The notes: generated by a model from the letters alone, not told the origin. A stretch of DNA of 41,226 nucleotides from a virus (IMGVR_UViG_3300030397_000377:1-41226); one strand, 5' to 3'; shown: positions 1 through 9,104, counted from the first letter of the stretch. Numbers and translations: made by a program.

Positions 1-17
1 GTTTCCCAGTCACGATC
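1..17 (+). other. Random-amplification (SISPA / Round A-B) primer remnant, library artefact
   Basis: GTTTCCCAGTCACGATC is the M13-derived Round B primer. Its exact reverse complement closes the contig at 41210-41226. Confidence 0.92.
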
Positions 18-179
18 GCATTGAAACAGAACAAAGAAACAGCATATACGCCACTTTTCAGGCTTATTGCCTCTGAGTATGGCCCGTACACGGCGTTCTC
101 GATACCGGATTTGGCCTCGTTTCAACCTATGGTGGCTGAAAACACGGGGTTTGAACCTGATATTTACCATAATACCGAA

Positions 180-362
180 ATGGCACAACCTAAGGTTGGT
201 AAAAACCTTGTCTCGCCCACCTACCAATACCGGGATGCAGATAAGCGGCGCGCGTATATGCGGGATTACATGCGGAGACGACGAGATGAAGAAAAAGGAC
301 ACCGGCGAGCAGTTTCACAAGGGCGCGATAAAGCGCCTGAAACAGAAGCAGAGGCACTTTGA
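180..362 (+). CDS. Small basic hypothetical protein (start uncertain; may begin beyond the contig edge)
   Basis: Contains the basic repeat RRAYMRDYMRRRR, typical of small phage proteins; part of ORF 21..362. Confidence 0.4.
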   Translation: MAQPKVGKNLVSPTYQYRDADKRRAYMRDYMRRRRDEEKGHRRAVSQGRDKAPETEAEAL

Positions 363-441
363 GGCGGACAGCCCCAGGTGGCTGGAGCTTGAGCGGGAGA
401 TTCGGTTTCACGAGGGGCAGATAGAGAAGAGCAATGGCTAG
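286..441 (+). CDS. Hypothetical protein (MKKKDTGEQF...)
   Basis: ATG at 286 with GGAG upstream; stop overlaps the next start at 434. Confidence 0.55.
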   Translation: MKKKDTGEQFHKGAIKRLKQKQRHFEADSPRWLELEREIRFHEGQIEKSNG

Positions 442-859
442 CTACAACAAGATTCAGGTTTTCGTTGAGAACGTAGCCGAGGGGGTGCACGACCTTGGGG
501 CGGATACGCTGAAAGTGGCCCTGACGAATACGGCTCCTGTGGCGACGAACACCATTTTCGCGAACATCACGGAAATCTCGGCTGGGAACGGATATACAGC
601 CGGTGGCACTGCTGCGACGATTTCCGATTCATCCCACACGACGGGCACCTACAAACTCACATTGGCGGACGTGGTGTTCACGGCTTCTGGCGGGAGCATA
701 GGGCCGTTCCGCTATGCGGTTCTCTACAACGACACGCCGACCTCTCCCGCTGACCCCCTGATTGCATGGTGGGACAATGGCTCTGCAATAACCCTGTCTG
801 ACGGTGAGACGTTCACGGTGGACTTTGACGCCTCCAACGGCGTCCTCACAATTGCCTAG
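434..859 (+). CDS. Virion structural protein (putative head decoration / fibre-base protein)
   Basis: T/A/G-rich beta-strand protein (LKVALTN, EISAGNGYTAGG, GPFRYAVLYNDT) resembling conserved phage structural proteins. Confidence 0.7.
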   Translation: MASYNKIQVFVENVAEGVHDLGADTLKVALTNTAPVATNTIFANITEISAGNGYTAGGTAATISDSSHTTGTYKLTLADVVFTASGGSIGPFRYAVLYNDTPTSPADPLIAWWDNGSAITLSDGETFTVDFDASNGVLTIA

Positions 860-867
860 AGGTAAAG

Positions 868-1107
868 ATGAAAACCGACGACCTTCTGAAAGCCAGGCTC
901 CAGGAAGTGAAGGAGCAGGTTGACGCTCGCATGGCTGTTGTCATGCCGCTAAGGGAAAAGCGCGACAAGTTCATTGCGGACACGGATAAGAAAGTCCAGC
1001 AAATGAATGCCGAGATAAAAGAAGCCGAAGAGGGTCTTTTTGACCTCCGCATGGAGCACGGGCGGCTTGCCAAGGTAACAGGGGGCAAAACCCTGTCGGG
1101 CATGTAG
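868..1107 (+). CDS. Coiled-coil hypothetical protein
   Basis: GAGG RBS; charged heptad pattern. Confidence 0.7.
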   Translation: MKTDDLLKARLQEVKEQVDARMAVVMPLREKRDKFIADTDKKVQQMNAEIKEAEEGLFDLRMEHGRLAKVTGGKTLSGM

Positions 1108-1111
1108 TTAA

Positions 1112-2122
1112 ATGATTGGCGGGCCTATTGGTCTAGGGGTAGGCGTCCCGCTAGATGTAATAGAGGATTTCACCCTAGCAGTAGACGCAGGTGCTTATAC
1201 TCTTACGGGGCAGAACGCGACTCTTACGGTCAGTTTTGTTCTGGATGCCGAAACTGGCGCATATACCCTCACCGGCCAGGACGCAGGTCTGAGAACAGAC
1301 CATATCCTAGTCGCCGAACCGGCGATGGGGAGTGTGGCGGGTTACGACCTTGTAGGTCAGGATGCTGGCCTGTTCCGGGGTAAACTGCTCACGGCGGAAC
1401 AGGGGAGCTATGTTCTAACCGGGCAAGCCGCCGGGACAATCCGGGCGAAGCTCGTTGCTGCCGAGACGGGAAGTTATGTCCTTTCAGGGCAAGATGCGGC
1501 CCTAACGCAAGACATCCTCCTCACTGCCGAGGCGGGGAGCTATTCCCTTACCGGTCAATCGGCAGGATTGCTTGAAGGCTTCTTTGTCACTGCCGAGCAA
1601 GGCAGCTACACGTTAAACGGTCAGGACGCGTCTCTTCTGAGAGACTTGATCCTCACCGCAGAACAGGGAACCTACACACTAACGGGTCAGGCGGCGAACC
1701 TGACCACAGAAGCCATTCTGGGTGCGGATGCTGGCTCCTACGTCCTTGCAGGGCAGGACGCCGGGCTTCTGTATGCACGTGTTCTGGGTGCGGACACGGG
1801 GGCTTATGTCCTCACCGGCATAGACGCAGCCCTCACAACCGGCCTACGCCTTACGGCTGAGGTTGGTTCCTACGTCCTGACGGGGCAGGACGTAGCATTC
1901 TTCCGGGCTGACCTTCTGAAGATTGTCTCGACAGAGATAATTCAGAAGCCGGTCGATTACGCGCTGGCAGGCAAGCAACTGATAAAGGACGGATACAGGG
2001 AATTCGATATCCGCCCGCAGGACTTGATAAACGCGACGGTGGCCAGCAAATCCAGTCCGCAAAGACTGAAGGGAGGGAAGCCCGCCTTCACAGTGAGAAC
2101 AGACAACCGTGGCTTTGATTAA
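1112..2122 (+). CDS. Repeat-containing fibre protein (putative head fibre)
   Basis: 11 copies of a ~22-aa repeat L-x-A-[ED]-x-G-[SAT]-Y-x-L-T-G-Q-x-A-x-L. Confidence 0.7.
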   Translation: MIGGPIGLGVGVPLDVIEDFTLAVDAGAYTLTGQNATLTVSFVLDAETGAYTLTGQDAGLRTDHILVAEPAMGSVAGYDLVGQDAGLFRGKLLTAEQGSYVLTGQAAGTIRAKLVAAETGSYVLSGQDAALTQDILLTAEAGSYSLTGQSAGLLEGFFVTAEQGSYTLNGQDASLLRDLILTAEQGTYTLTGQAANLTTEAILGADAGSYVLAGQDAGLLYARVLGADTGAYVLTGIDAALTTGLRLTAEVGSYVLTGQDVAFFRADLLKIVSTEIIQKPVDYALAGKQLIKDGYREFDIRPQDLINATVASKSSPQRLKGGKPAFTVRTDNRGFD

Positions 2123-2738
2123 CGGCATCCTCTTCTGCACCCCCGCATATGGTGGACAGGTGTTCGCGCCTCATATGGAATCCTGCCTGAACACGTGTAG
2201 AGAGTTGAGTGAACAGGGCATACCGTTCGACTGGATGCTCAGGTGGAACGAAAGCCTTGTGCACCGTGCCAGAATGGGCATGACGAAGGCGTTTCTGGAC
2301 ACCGAGTTCAGCCATATGATGTGGCTGGATGCGGACATAGACTTTACGCCTGACGATGTGGCGGCGCTCTGGAACATGGAGGCCGACATTGCGGTTGGGG
2401 TGTACCGGATGAAAACCGAGGATTCCATGTTTGCGGCATGGGTGAATGGGGAGCTGATTACTGATTTGGAAAAGTTCGAGGAGCCCATGGAGGTGGATTA
2501 CGCGGGCACCGGCTTTATGCTCATCAAGCGCGAATGCCTTGAGCATCTGGCGAAAAAGGTTCCTTACTACGAAAACGAAGTGAAAAATATTCCGGCCCTT
2601 TATCAAACGCCGATCCGGCACGGAACATTGCTGAGCGAGGACTACTTCTTCTGTGAGCTTGCCAGACAGAATGGATACAAGGTCATGATGGACCCGACCG
2701 TGAGGCTGGGACATTGGGGCCTGAAGCGATATGCTTGA
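2109..2738 (+). CDS. GT-A fold (GT2-like) glycosyltransferase
   Basis: TPAYG N-terminal strand, ESLVHRAR, DxD motif WLDADIDF, GTGFMLIKR, SEDYFFC and LGHWG. Confidence 0.85.
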   Translation: MALINGILFCTPAYGGQVFAPHMESCLNTCRELSEQGIPFDWMLRWNESLVHRARMGMTKAFLDTEFSHMMWLDADIDFTPDDVAALWNMEADIAVGVYRMKTEDSMFAAWVNGELITDLEKFEEPMEVDYAGTGFMLIKRECLEHLAKKVPYYENEVKNIPALYQTPIRHGTLLSEDYFFCELARQNGYKVMMDPTVRLGHWGLKRYA

Positions 2739-3429
2739 GAAGTTTTTCGCTGAATATGGCGGCATGGAGTTCGAGCTGCCGAAGATTGCCGGAGTATATG
2801 AAGGACGAAACGTTGTTATCTGCGGCGGTGCGGCCTGCGTCTGGGACGACCTTGAGGCCTATGGGTGCAGGCGGGACTATCAACGGGGCAGCGTACAGAA
2901 AGAGGGGCATGACTTCCTGGTTGTGAATCAGACAGGAATCACTTTCCCTGGAAACATAGAGCATTGGTATTCGAATGAGCCACCCGTTCTGCAGAAATAC
3001 ATTGCAGCCAGACGACCCGAATACATGCGGGAATTCTCCGGTCCGGCCCACACCCATTCCTGTAATCGCGGTGCAAAATGGAGATGGCCGTTCGGTGGCC
3101 ATGGAACCTCTGGACTTGGTGCGATTCTTACAGCTGTGGGGCTGGGATACGATGCCATCACAGTTTGCGGTATCCCGCTTGATGACTCACCCCACAACGG
3201 AGAGCCACACTGGCGCAAATGCAGGTTCGAAACCGCTGAAGCCGCAAGTCCGGTAAATGGCGGGCCGAACATTCACTGGAAGCGGGCGATAGAAGCCTTC
3301 GGGGATAGAATAACATTCATGAGCGGACGCCCAAGGCAATGGTCAGGATATTCACAGTCCTCAAGTCCGGTGGAGAATACAGGCCCGAACACGTCGCCAG
3401 GCTATCAGAACAACTTGGTCGCAGGCTAG
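2731..3429 (+). CDS. Maf/DUF115- or sialyltransferase-fold glycosyltransferase-like protein
   Basis: VVICGGAACV at the N-terminus, VVN, and GTSGLGAILTAVGLGYDAITVCGIPLD match the GT29/GT42/Maf Rossmann pattern. Confidence 0.65.
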   Translation: MLEKFFAEYGGMEFELPKIAGVYEGRNVVICGGAACVWDDLEAYGCRRDYQRGSVQKEGHDFLVVNQTGITFPGNIEHWYSNEPPVLQKYIAARRPEYMREFSGPAHTHSCNRGAKWRWPFGGHGTSGLGAILTAVGLGYDAITVCGIPLDDSPHNGEPHWRKCRFETAEAASPVNGGPNIHWKRAIEAFGDRITFMSGRPRQWSGYSQSSSPVENTGPNTSPGYQNNLVAG

Positions 3430-3953
3430 AGTGCCTGTCCGATCTGGAGGTCCCGAATTGTACGCCACTTGAGTATAGACTGCCCGGCTGGTGGTCCAAG
3501 ATGGAGCTGTTTCGACCGGATATTAAAGGCGATATTCTTTATTTTGACCTCGACACAACGATAGTGCGTGATATCGAGCCGCTTACCACGGTTCAGAATA
3601 TCACCATGCTTCAGCAGGACTATTACAAGAACAGAATCGGGTCCGGGGTCATGTTCTGGCCCGAGGGCACGCGGGAGCAGGTCTGGGAGGCCTGGAACCG
3701 GAAAAAGAAATTCCACAAGAACGGAGATCAGGCATTTATTGAAAGCCTGAACTTAAAGGTTGACACATGGCAAAGCGTAAGACCGGGGATGCTCGTGTCG
3801 TACAAGTGCGTGGTAAAGCCAAGGGGTACGGTTCCGGCAAGCGCAAGAGTCGTGTACTTTCACGGAAAACCAAGACCGTGGGCCGCTGATGTGGTTATTG
3901 AGCACGAGGAACCGCCCCAAGGAAGCATTCGAGGCGGTTCGCAGTTTCTATGA
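3339..3953 (+). CDS. GT8-like glycosyltransferase
   Basis: WWSKMELF, DxD motif LYFDLDT, GDQAFI and VVYFHGKPRPW. Confidence 0.85.
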   Translation: MVRIFTVLKSGGEYRPEHVARLSEQLGRRLECLSDLEVPNCTPLEYRLPGWWSKMELFRPDIKGDILYFDLDTTIVRDIEPLTTVQNITMLQQDYYKNRIGSGVMFWPEGTREQVWEAWNRKKKFHKNGDQAFIESLNLKVDTWQSVRPGMLVSYKCVVKPRGTVPASARVVYFHGKPRPWAADVVIEHEEPPQGSIRGGSQFL

Positions 3954-4584
3954 GCACGCAAGCCCTGAATTCCGGCTTGTTGTCTGGTGTGACGGTGATG
4001 ACGGCGGGTACGGGGCAATAACCGCAAGCTGGCCTGTCGAGAATATCATTTATACACCTCAGAGAGTTGGTTTGTCGGAACAGATGAACCATTTCTTCGA
4101 CGAATACCCATATGCCCGGTTCTATGGCTGGCTAGCAGACGATTTCAGGGCGCAGACGGACAGCTGGGACAAGAAACTCGCCAAGGCAGCCGGAGACCAC
4201 AACATTGCTTTCGGGTCTGATGGATGGTCCAACCAGGCATGGCCACACCATATAACAAGTGCTTTTGCGATAGGCGGTGAACTGGTCAGGGCTACTGGAT
4301 GGTTTGCGCCGCCCGAACTCTACCAGGCCGGGATTGACTCGGTTTGGAACAGGTTTGGGCGCGAGTTCGGCCTGATGAAGCACATCAAAGGCGTGAAGGT
4401 CGAGCACCTGCACTGGAAGAATGACAAGCGCGAAAAAGACGCAACCGATAATTACGAAGAGCAGCAGTCTACAGGAATTCCCGAGTTTCGGAAATACGTG
4501 ACAAGCCGTGAGTTCAGGGACGCACGTGACAGAATCAAGCGATACCTCAATACAAGAACCGATCTGCATTCTCGCAGTACCTAG
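3889..4584 (+). CDS. GT-A fold (GT2-like) glycosyltransferase
   Basis: STRNRP N-terminus, CDGDD, YGWLADD, and C-terminal VEHLHW. Confidence 0.75.
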   Translation: MWLLSTRNRPKEAFEAVRSFYEHASPEFRLVVWCDGDDGGYGAITASWPVENIIYTPQRVGLSEQMNHFFDEYPYARFYGWLADDFRAQTDSWDKKLAKAAGDHNIAFGSDGWSNQAWPHHITSAFAIGGELVRATGWFAPPELYQAGIDSVWNRFGREFGLMKHIKGVKVEHLHWKNDKREKDATDNYEEQQSTGIPEFRKYVTSREFRDARDRIKRYLNTRTDLHSRST

Positions 4585-5155
4585 GTCGGGGTCATCCATG
4601 ACGGCGGGCCTTTTCGCCGAACACGGTGTGTGGACCGGCAGTTGCCGACCGCCCCACAAACTGAACCCGAAAGGCTTCTTCGAAAATCTTCCTTTGAAGA
4701 AAGTTCTGAAGCGGCGCTGGCCCGATATCATGCTGGGCAATGTGGCAAGACCGCAAACGGGATTTAGAGAAGAAGTAAAGCAGACAATTCTGGAGGACGG
4801 TTACGAGGGCGGGCCGTGGCTGGTCAAGATGTCAACTCTTTACTGGCCTGCGTGGGATGCGTGTTTTGATCCTAAATACGTTTGTGTAAGGCGTGACCGG
4901 GAATCGGTATTCCAGTCCTGCAAGGATTCAGGAATGCTGGTAACGCGCAAGGAAGATGGTTTTCTTAAACAAATCATAGACTTGCACTTTTCCGAAATGG
5001 ACAGGGTTGGATGCCCGTCGGTCTACACCGGCCAGTTGGTGCAGGGTGATTTTGGGTCCTTGAGGGAGGCAATGGCGCACTGTGGAATTGAAATGGACGA
5101 AGAGAAGGTGAGGCGGTTTGTCAACCCTGAACATTGGCACTACCGGGCAGCTTAA
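4508..5155 (+). CDS. PAPS-dependent sulfotransferase family protein
   Basis: 5'-PSB loop ILAVPRSGSS, NPKGFFEN, WLVK and 3'-PB motif VCVRRDRESVFQS. Start codon approximate. Confidence 0.8.
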   Translation: MSSGTHVTESSDTSIQEPICILAVPRSGSSMTAGLFAEHGVWTGSCRPPHKLNPKGFFENLPLKKVLKRRWPDIMLGNVARPQTGFREEVKQTILEDGYEGGPWLVKMSTLYWPAWDACFDPKYVCVRRDRESVFQSCKDSGMLVTRKEDGFLKQIIDLHFSEMDRVGCPSVYTGQLVQGDFGSLREAMAHCGIEMDEEKVRRFVNPEHWHYRAA

Positions 5156-6578
5156 TAAAGTTGCGTCCCTTGTTAGGCAGTTTGAGGACTTTCACGAGCA
5201 GTTCCGTCTTCACAGCTACCAACCTTATCAATGGCAACGCGACTTCCACAATGCTGGTTCGGACCATACTGAGCGGATGCTCATGGCAGCGAACCGGGTG
5301 GGCAAGACCCTCTCGGCAGGCGCTGAAGTCTCCTGTCATCTTACAGGCCTCTACCCCGACTGGTGGGAGGGGAAAAGGTTCGAAAAGCCGGTACTGGTAT
5401 GGACGGGTAGCCCCACGAACGAAACATCCAGGGACATCGTACAAAAAGAACTTCTCGGAGGACTCGGAGAAGACATAGGCAAGGGCTGGGTTCCAAAACA
5501 CCTTCTCATTGGCAAGCCTACGACAAGACAAGCCGGTGTCAAGAACGTGGTGGAATCCTTTCAGGTGCGGCACGTCTCGGGGGGTGTGTCGAACTGTATG
5601 CTCAAGACATACGAGCAGGGCTGGCAGAAGTGGCAGGGCACCGCTCCGCACGTTGTGTGGATGGACGAAGAGCCCGACGATTACATGATTTATTCCGAGG
5701 CGCAGACCCGGACGATTACCTCAAAGGGAATCGTGATGGTGACGTTTACGCCCCTACTGGGAATGACGGATTTGGTCCAGCATTTCCAGGAAGGTGGCCC
5801 CGGAATCTACCTCAAGGGCGCGACGTGGCACGACGCACCACACCTTAATGATGATGATAAAGAAAGGCTGACGGCCTCGTATCGCGCCCATGAGAGAGAT
5901 GCCCGAACACAGGGAATACCCATGATGGGTGAGGGGGCTGTGTTCCCGATTTCCGATGACGATTTGATGGTCCCATCACAGCAGATTCCCCTGCATTGGG
6001 CCATCATCAAGGGTTGTGATTTTGGGATTGACCACCCGGCTGCCGGAGTGGTGCTGGCATGGGACCGGGACAACGATGTCATCTATGTTGTTGATTGCTA
6101 TAAGAAAAAGGACGAAACGGCACCGTACCACGCGGCGTGGCTGAACAAGAGCTTCAAGTGGGCTCCGGTGGCATGGCCACACGACGGCATGAACCGGGAG
6201 AAGTCTGGCGGCAAGACGCTTGCTCAGGCTTACCGTGAGCATGGCGCGAACATGCTTTCCAAGTCTGCACGGTACAATACAAAGGAGCCCGGACAGAAAA
6301 AAGCCAAGGGCGGTCCACAGCCGGTCGAGCCGGTAGTTGACGAAATCCTCGAACGCATGATGACCGGAAGGTTCAAGGTGTTTAGCACCCTGCCCGAGTG
6401 GTTTGAGGAAAAGAGAAGTTATCATCGCAAGGACGGAAAGATTGTTGCCCGCAGGGACGACATCATGAAGGCAACCCAGTACGCGGTCATGATGAAACGC
6501 TACGCAGCACCGGGAACGGCTGGGTACCAACGTGTGCAGCAGTCAACACGCCCCATTGCATCTTCAAGGATTGGGTAG
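5118..6578 (+). CDS. terL: Terminase large subunit (P22 gp2-like)
   Basis: YQPYQWQ adenine-binding motif, Walker A AANRVGKT, Walker B VVWMDEEP, coupling motif TFTP, nuclease GCDFG...DDIMKA. Confidence 0.95.
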   Translation: MSTLNIGTTGQLNKVASLVRQFEDFHEQFRLHSYQPYQWQRDFHNAGSDHTERMLMAANRVGKTLSAGAEVSCHLTGLYPDWWEGKRFEKPVLVWTGSPTNETSRDIVQKELLGGLGEDIGKGWVPKHLLIGKPTTRQAGVKNVVESFQVRHVSGGVSNCMLKTYEQGWQKWQGTAPHVVWMDEEPDDYMIYSEAQTRTITSKGIVMVTFTPLLGMTDLVQHFQEGGPGIYLKGATWHDAPHLNDDDKERLTASYRAHERDARTQGIPMMGEGAVFPISDDDLMVPSQQIPLHWAIIKGCDFGIDHPAAGVVLAWDRDNDVIYVVDCYKKKDETAPYHAAWLNKSFKWAPVAWPHDGMNREKSGGKTLAQAYREHGANMLSKSARYNTKEPGQKKAKGGPQPVEPVVDEILERMMTGRFKVFSTLPEWFEEKRSYHRKDGKIVARRDDIMKATQYAVMMKRYAAPGTAGYQRVQQSTRPIASSRIG

Positions 6579-6707
6579 GCGTTGCCCGCATCGCAATGGC
6601 GGAAGTTTTCACGCCCAGGTGCACCTGTCGCCGGAACGATTTGGTTTTAGTTTGCTCGTCCAGACAAACACAACGCCTAGAAACAAACATATAGCGGGCC
6701 GGATTCT

Positions 6708-7070
6708 TTGTCAATGAAATCAATAACAAAACAATCGATGGAGCGCATGTGCCGCGCGGCGGGCATGGAGCCCGTGTCCAGGGACAAGGTGCGCGCACGG
6801 GAAATCTTCATTGCGGACGGCAAGATAAAGGACGTGGACGATTTCCGCAAGTTCGGCCTTGGGCCTGGCTCGACTGAGAAGTATGCAACCATCTGGTTTG
6901 CCTCTCGCGGAATGGATGACCTTGATATTGGCCGCGCGTTGTTCTTCAACAGCGACCACGAGGGCGGAAAAAAGGGGCGCATAAACGCAGCCCTGAAGGA
7001 CGCGAAGGAGTCCATTGAGGCCCGCGACCACGCCCGCGAACAAATGACCAACAGCCTGAGGCTCAGCTAA
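6708..7070 (+). CDS. Hypothetical protein
   Basis: Intact ORF whose stop overlaps the portal start (TAATG). Confidence 0.7.
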   Translation: MSMKSITKQSMERMCRAAGMEPVSRDKVRAREIFIADGKIKDVDDFRKFGLGPGSTEKYATIWFASRGMDDLDIGRALFFNSDHEGGKKGRINAALKDAKESIEARDHAREQMTNSLRLS

Positions 7071-8965
7071 TGGAAAAACTTGAAGTTGGGCCTGATGCTT
7101 CGGTCAAGAAGAAGCGCCGTTTTGATCGCAGAGACTGGTCGTTCATTGCCGAGATGGGCATTGCGGAATTTGAGCGGCGCAAAAAGAAACGCAAGCATCT
7201 CGAAGAGCACTGGAAGGAAATCGACCGGCAAGTCGAAATGACGCCGGATGTCGAATTCAAGCACATCATCAAGAACGGCACCCGTGCCCTTGACCACCAG
7301 AAGGCGTGGATGTCCGAAGTGGAGCCACCGCTGCAGGCGCAGGCCCTTGAGGTTCTGACCGCAGATGCTTCAAGGTTGATGTTCGGGGATGACATCTGGT
7401 TCCGTGCACACACGGAAGTGACGGATAAGTACCTGCAAGAGGTTGATTTTACGTCTCTTATCCTGGGGGATGAGCTTGAGGTTCCCTCTCAAATTACGCA
7501 GGACAACGCGGACAAGCTGGCGCATGGTTATCTCGCCATGTTGCACCGGCAAGGGGATTTCCTTGGAACATTCGACCGCATCAATGCCGAGGTGTTCAAG
7601 TACGGAACCGGTATCGGACGGGCAAGAATGCTCACCAAGTCCGTACACACTCACACATCAAAAGGGGTTGTGAAGCAGGACAAGAAAATACCTGTTCTGG
7701 TTCCGGCTTCGGTAAAGAACCACTACCTGGACGACAGGCCGCCTACCATGCACTCGGACCAGGTGCTGAGTGAGATGCACATCTCGGAGGACTGGATACG
7801 CCTTGAAAACCTGGCAATCGCAGCCAACCGGGGGTCCTCCAACCCTGAGGATATGAACGGCGGCTGGATGCCAAAGTCCATCAGTGGACTGGAAGCAGAC
7901 AAGGACGGTTTTGTTCAGCTCATCGAACTTGAGGGGGATATTGTTGTCCCGCGCAAAACGACGCGGAGCATTGTGCTCCCCGGCGCAATTGTCACGATTG
8001 CCGTGGGGGGCATGAAGGCCGAACGGGCCACACGTGAGGTTGTGCGATTCCGCTGGAGAAAGCGCCCTCAGTCCAGCTACCTGATATTCCCGTACCATTA
8101 CGAAGGTGCAAACGAGACTTATTCAACTTCCCCCCTGATGAAGGGCAGGCCCATACAGATCATGGTAGCGGAGACCATGAACCGTTTTCTTGATTCTGCT
8201 GCACTAAAAAATGCACCACCGATTGGGTATGACCGCTCAGACATGCAGTTCGCACAGGAAGGCGGGCCGATTGTCCAGCCCTATGCCAAATGGGCAACGA
8301 CTGATGAAGTAAAGGTGCATAATCAGGTTGGCGGCGATCCGAGCGCACTGTCTGCGGCGATGACGGCTGGAATCAATCTCTACGGCGAATTGACGGGCGT
8401 TCTCCCTGCAAGGCTAGGTGCCCAGACGGTCTCGCATACAACAGCTTTTGCGAAGGACGCTGAAATCCAGCGTGGGGCCGCGAGAACGGTTGATTACGTC
8501 CGCCACGCTGGCAATGGCCCGGTCGAGAGGTGGTTGGATATGTCCTACCAGATGGGTCGGGAGAGCATGTCTGCAAATGAAGAAGTCAGCTTCTATATCG
8601 AGGCTTACGGCGGGTACGTAAACGTCACGAAAAAGGCCCTTCCTGAAAAGGCAATATTCGAATGGTTTGGCGCGGCTGGTCCTGCGGAAGAGCAGGCCAG
8701 AAACAGCCGTCGCTTGCAAGCCATGCAGCTTGCCTTGCAAATGGACCAGATAAGCGCGGCATTCGGTGGGCAGCCAAGTGTGGATGTCCCCGCCGCAATC
8801 AGAGAGGTTTTGAGAGATGGAGGCTGGAGCGACATAGATGTCATCACCCGCACTGAAGGACCTGATGTTTCTGATACGACAGCACCCGGCGTTCCCGGAA
8901 CTGCTGAGCCAAATCCAGCCCTCGCCTCTGCGCCCCTTCAGAACATCGCGTTCGGGGGCCAATAA
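7070..8965 (+). CDS. Portal (head-tail connector) protein
   Basis: 631 aa, follows terL; KYGTGIG motif and helical character typical of podovirus portals. Confidence 0.85.
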   Translation: MEKLEVGPDASVKKKRRFDRRDWSFIAEMGIAEFERRKKKRKHLEEHWKEIDRQVEMTPDVEFKHIIKNGTRALDHQKAWMSEVEPPLQAQALEVLTADASRLMFGDDIWFRAHTEVTDKYLQEVDFTSLILGDELEVPSQITQDNADKLAHGYLAMLHRQGDFLGTFDRINAEVFKYGTGIGRARMLTKSVHTHTSKGVVKQDKKIPVLVPASVKNHYLDDRPPTMHSDQVLSEMHISEDWIRLENLAIAANRGSSNPEDMNGGWMPKSISGLEADKDGFVQLIELEGDIVVPRKTTRSIVLPGAIVTIAVGGMKAERATREVVRFRWRKRPQSSYLIFPYHYEGANETYSTSPLMKGRPIQIMVAETMNRFLDSAALKNAPPIGYDRSDMQFAQEGGPIVQPYAKWATTDEVKVHNQVGGDPSALSAAMTAGINLYGELTGVLPARLGAQTVSHTTAFAKDAEIQRGAARTVDYVRHAGNGPVERWLDMSYQMGRESMSANEEVSFYIEAYGGYVNVTKKALPEKAIFEWFGAAGPAEEQARNSRRLQAMQLALQMDQISAAFGGQPSVDVPAAIREVLRDGGWSDIDVITRTEGPDVSDTTAPGVPGTAEPNPALASAPLQNIAFGGQ

Positions 8966-9074
8966 GCCGTTAGATCAGATTGGCGCTGAATACGCTTTCG
9001 ACTCAGGCAAATATGTCGAAGGCGAGCGCATCGCCCAATTCCTGAAAGGAAATGATGAGACGCCGGACATCTAG
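8838..9074 (+). CDS. Hypothetical protein overlapping the portal 3' end
   Basis: Small gene in the usual portal-scaffold position, followed by a terminator. Confidence 0.55.
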   Translation: MSSPALKDLMFLIRQHPAFPELLSQIQPSPLRPFRTSRSGANKPLDQIGAEYAFDSGKYVEGERIAQFLKGNDETPDI

Positions 9075-9086
9075 TCCGGTTTTTTA
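9062..9086 (+). terminator. Intrinsic terminator
   Basis: CCGGAC-ATCTA-GTCCGG stem followed by a T run. Confidence 0.65.
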
Positions 9087-9104
9087 ATGCTCAAAGGAGG
9101 ACTA

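Noticed and set aside
1160-1900. Periodic DNA repeats as a possible CRISPR array
   Set aside because: They are degenerate ~66-nt coding repeats within one ORF, with no identical repeats or cas genes.
2109-5155. DNA hypermodification pathway as the main interpretation of the GT cluster
   Set aside because: Demoted, not excluded. I see no hydroxymethylase, TET/JBP, kinase or phage polymerase, and the cluster lies in the late packaging operon.
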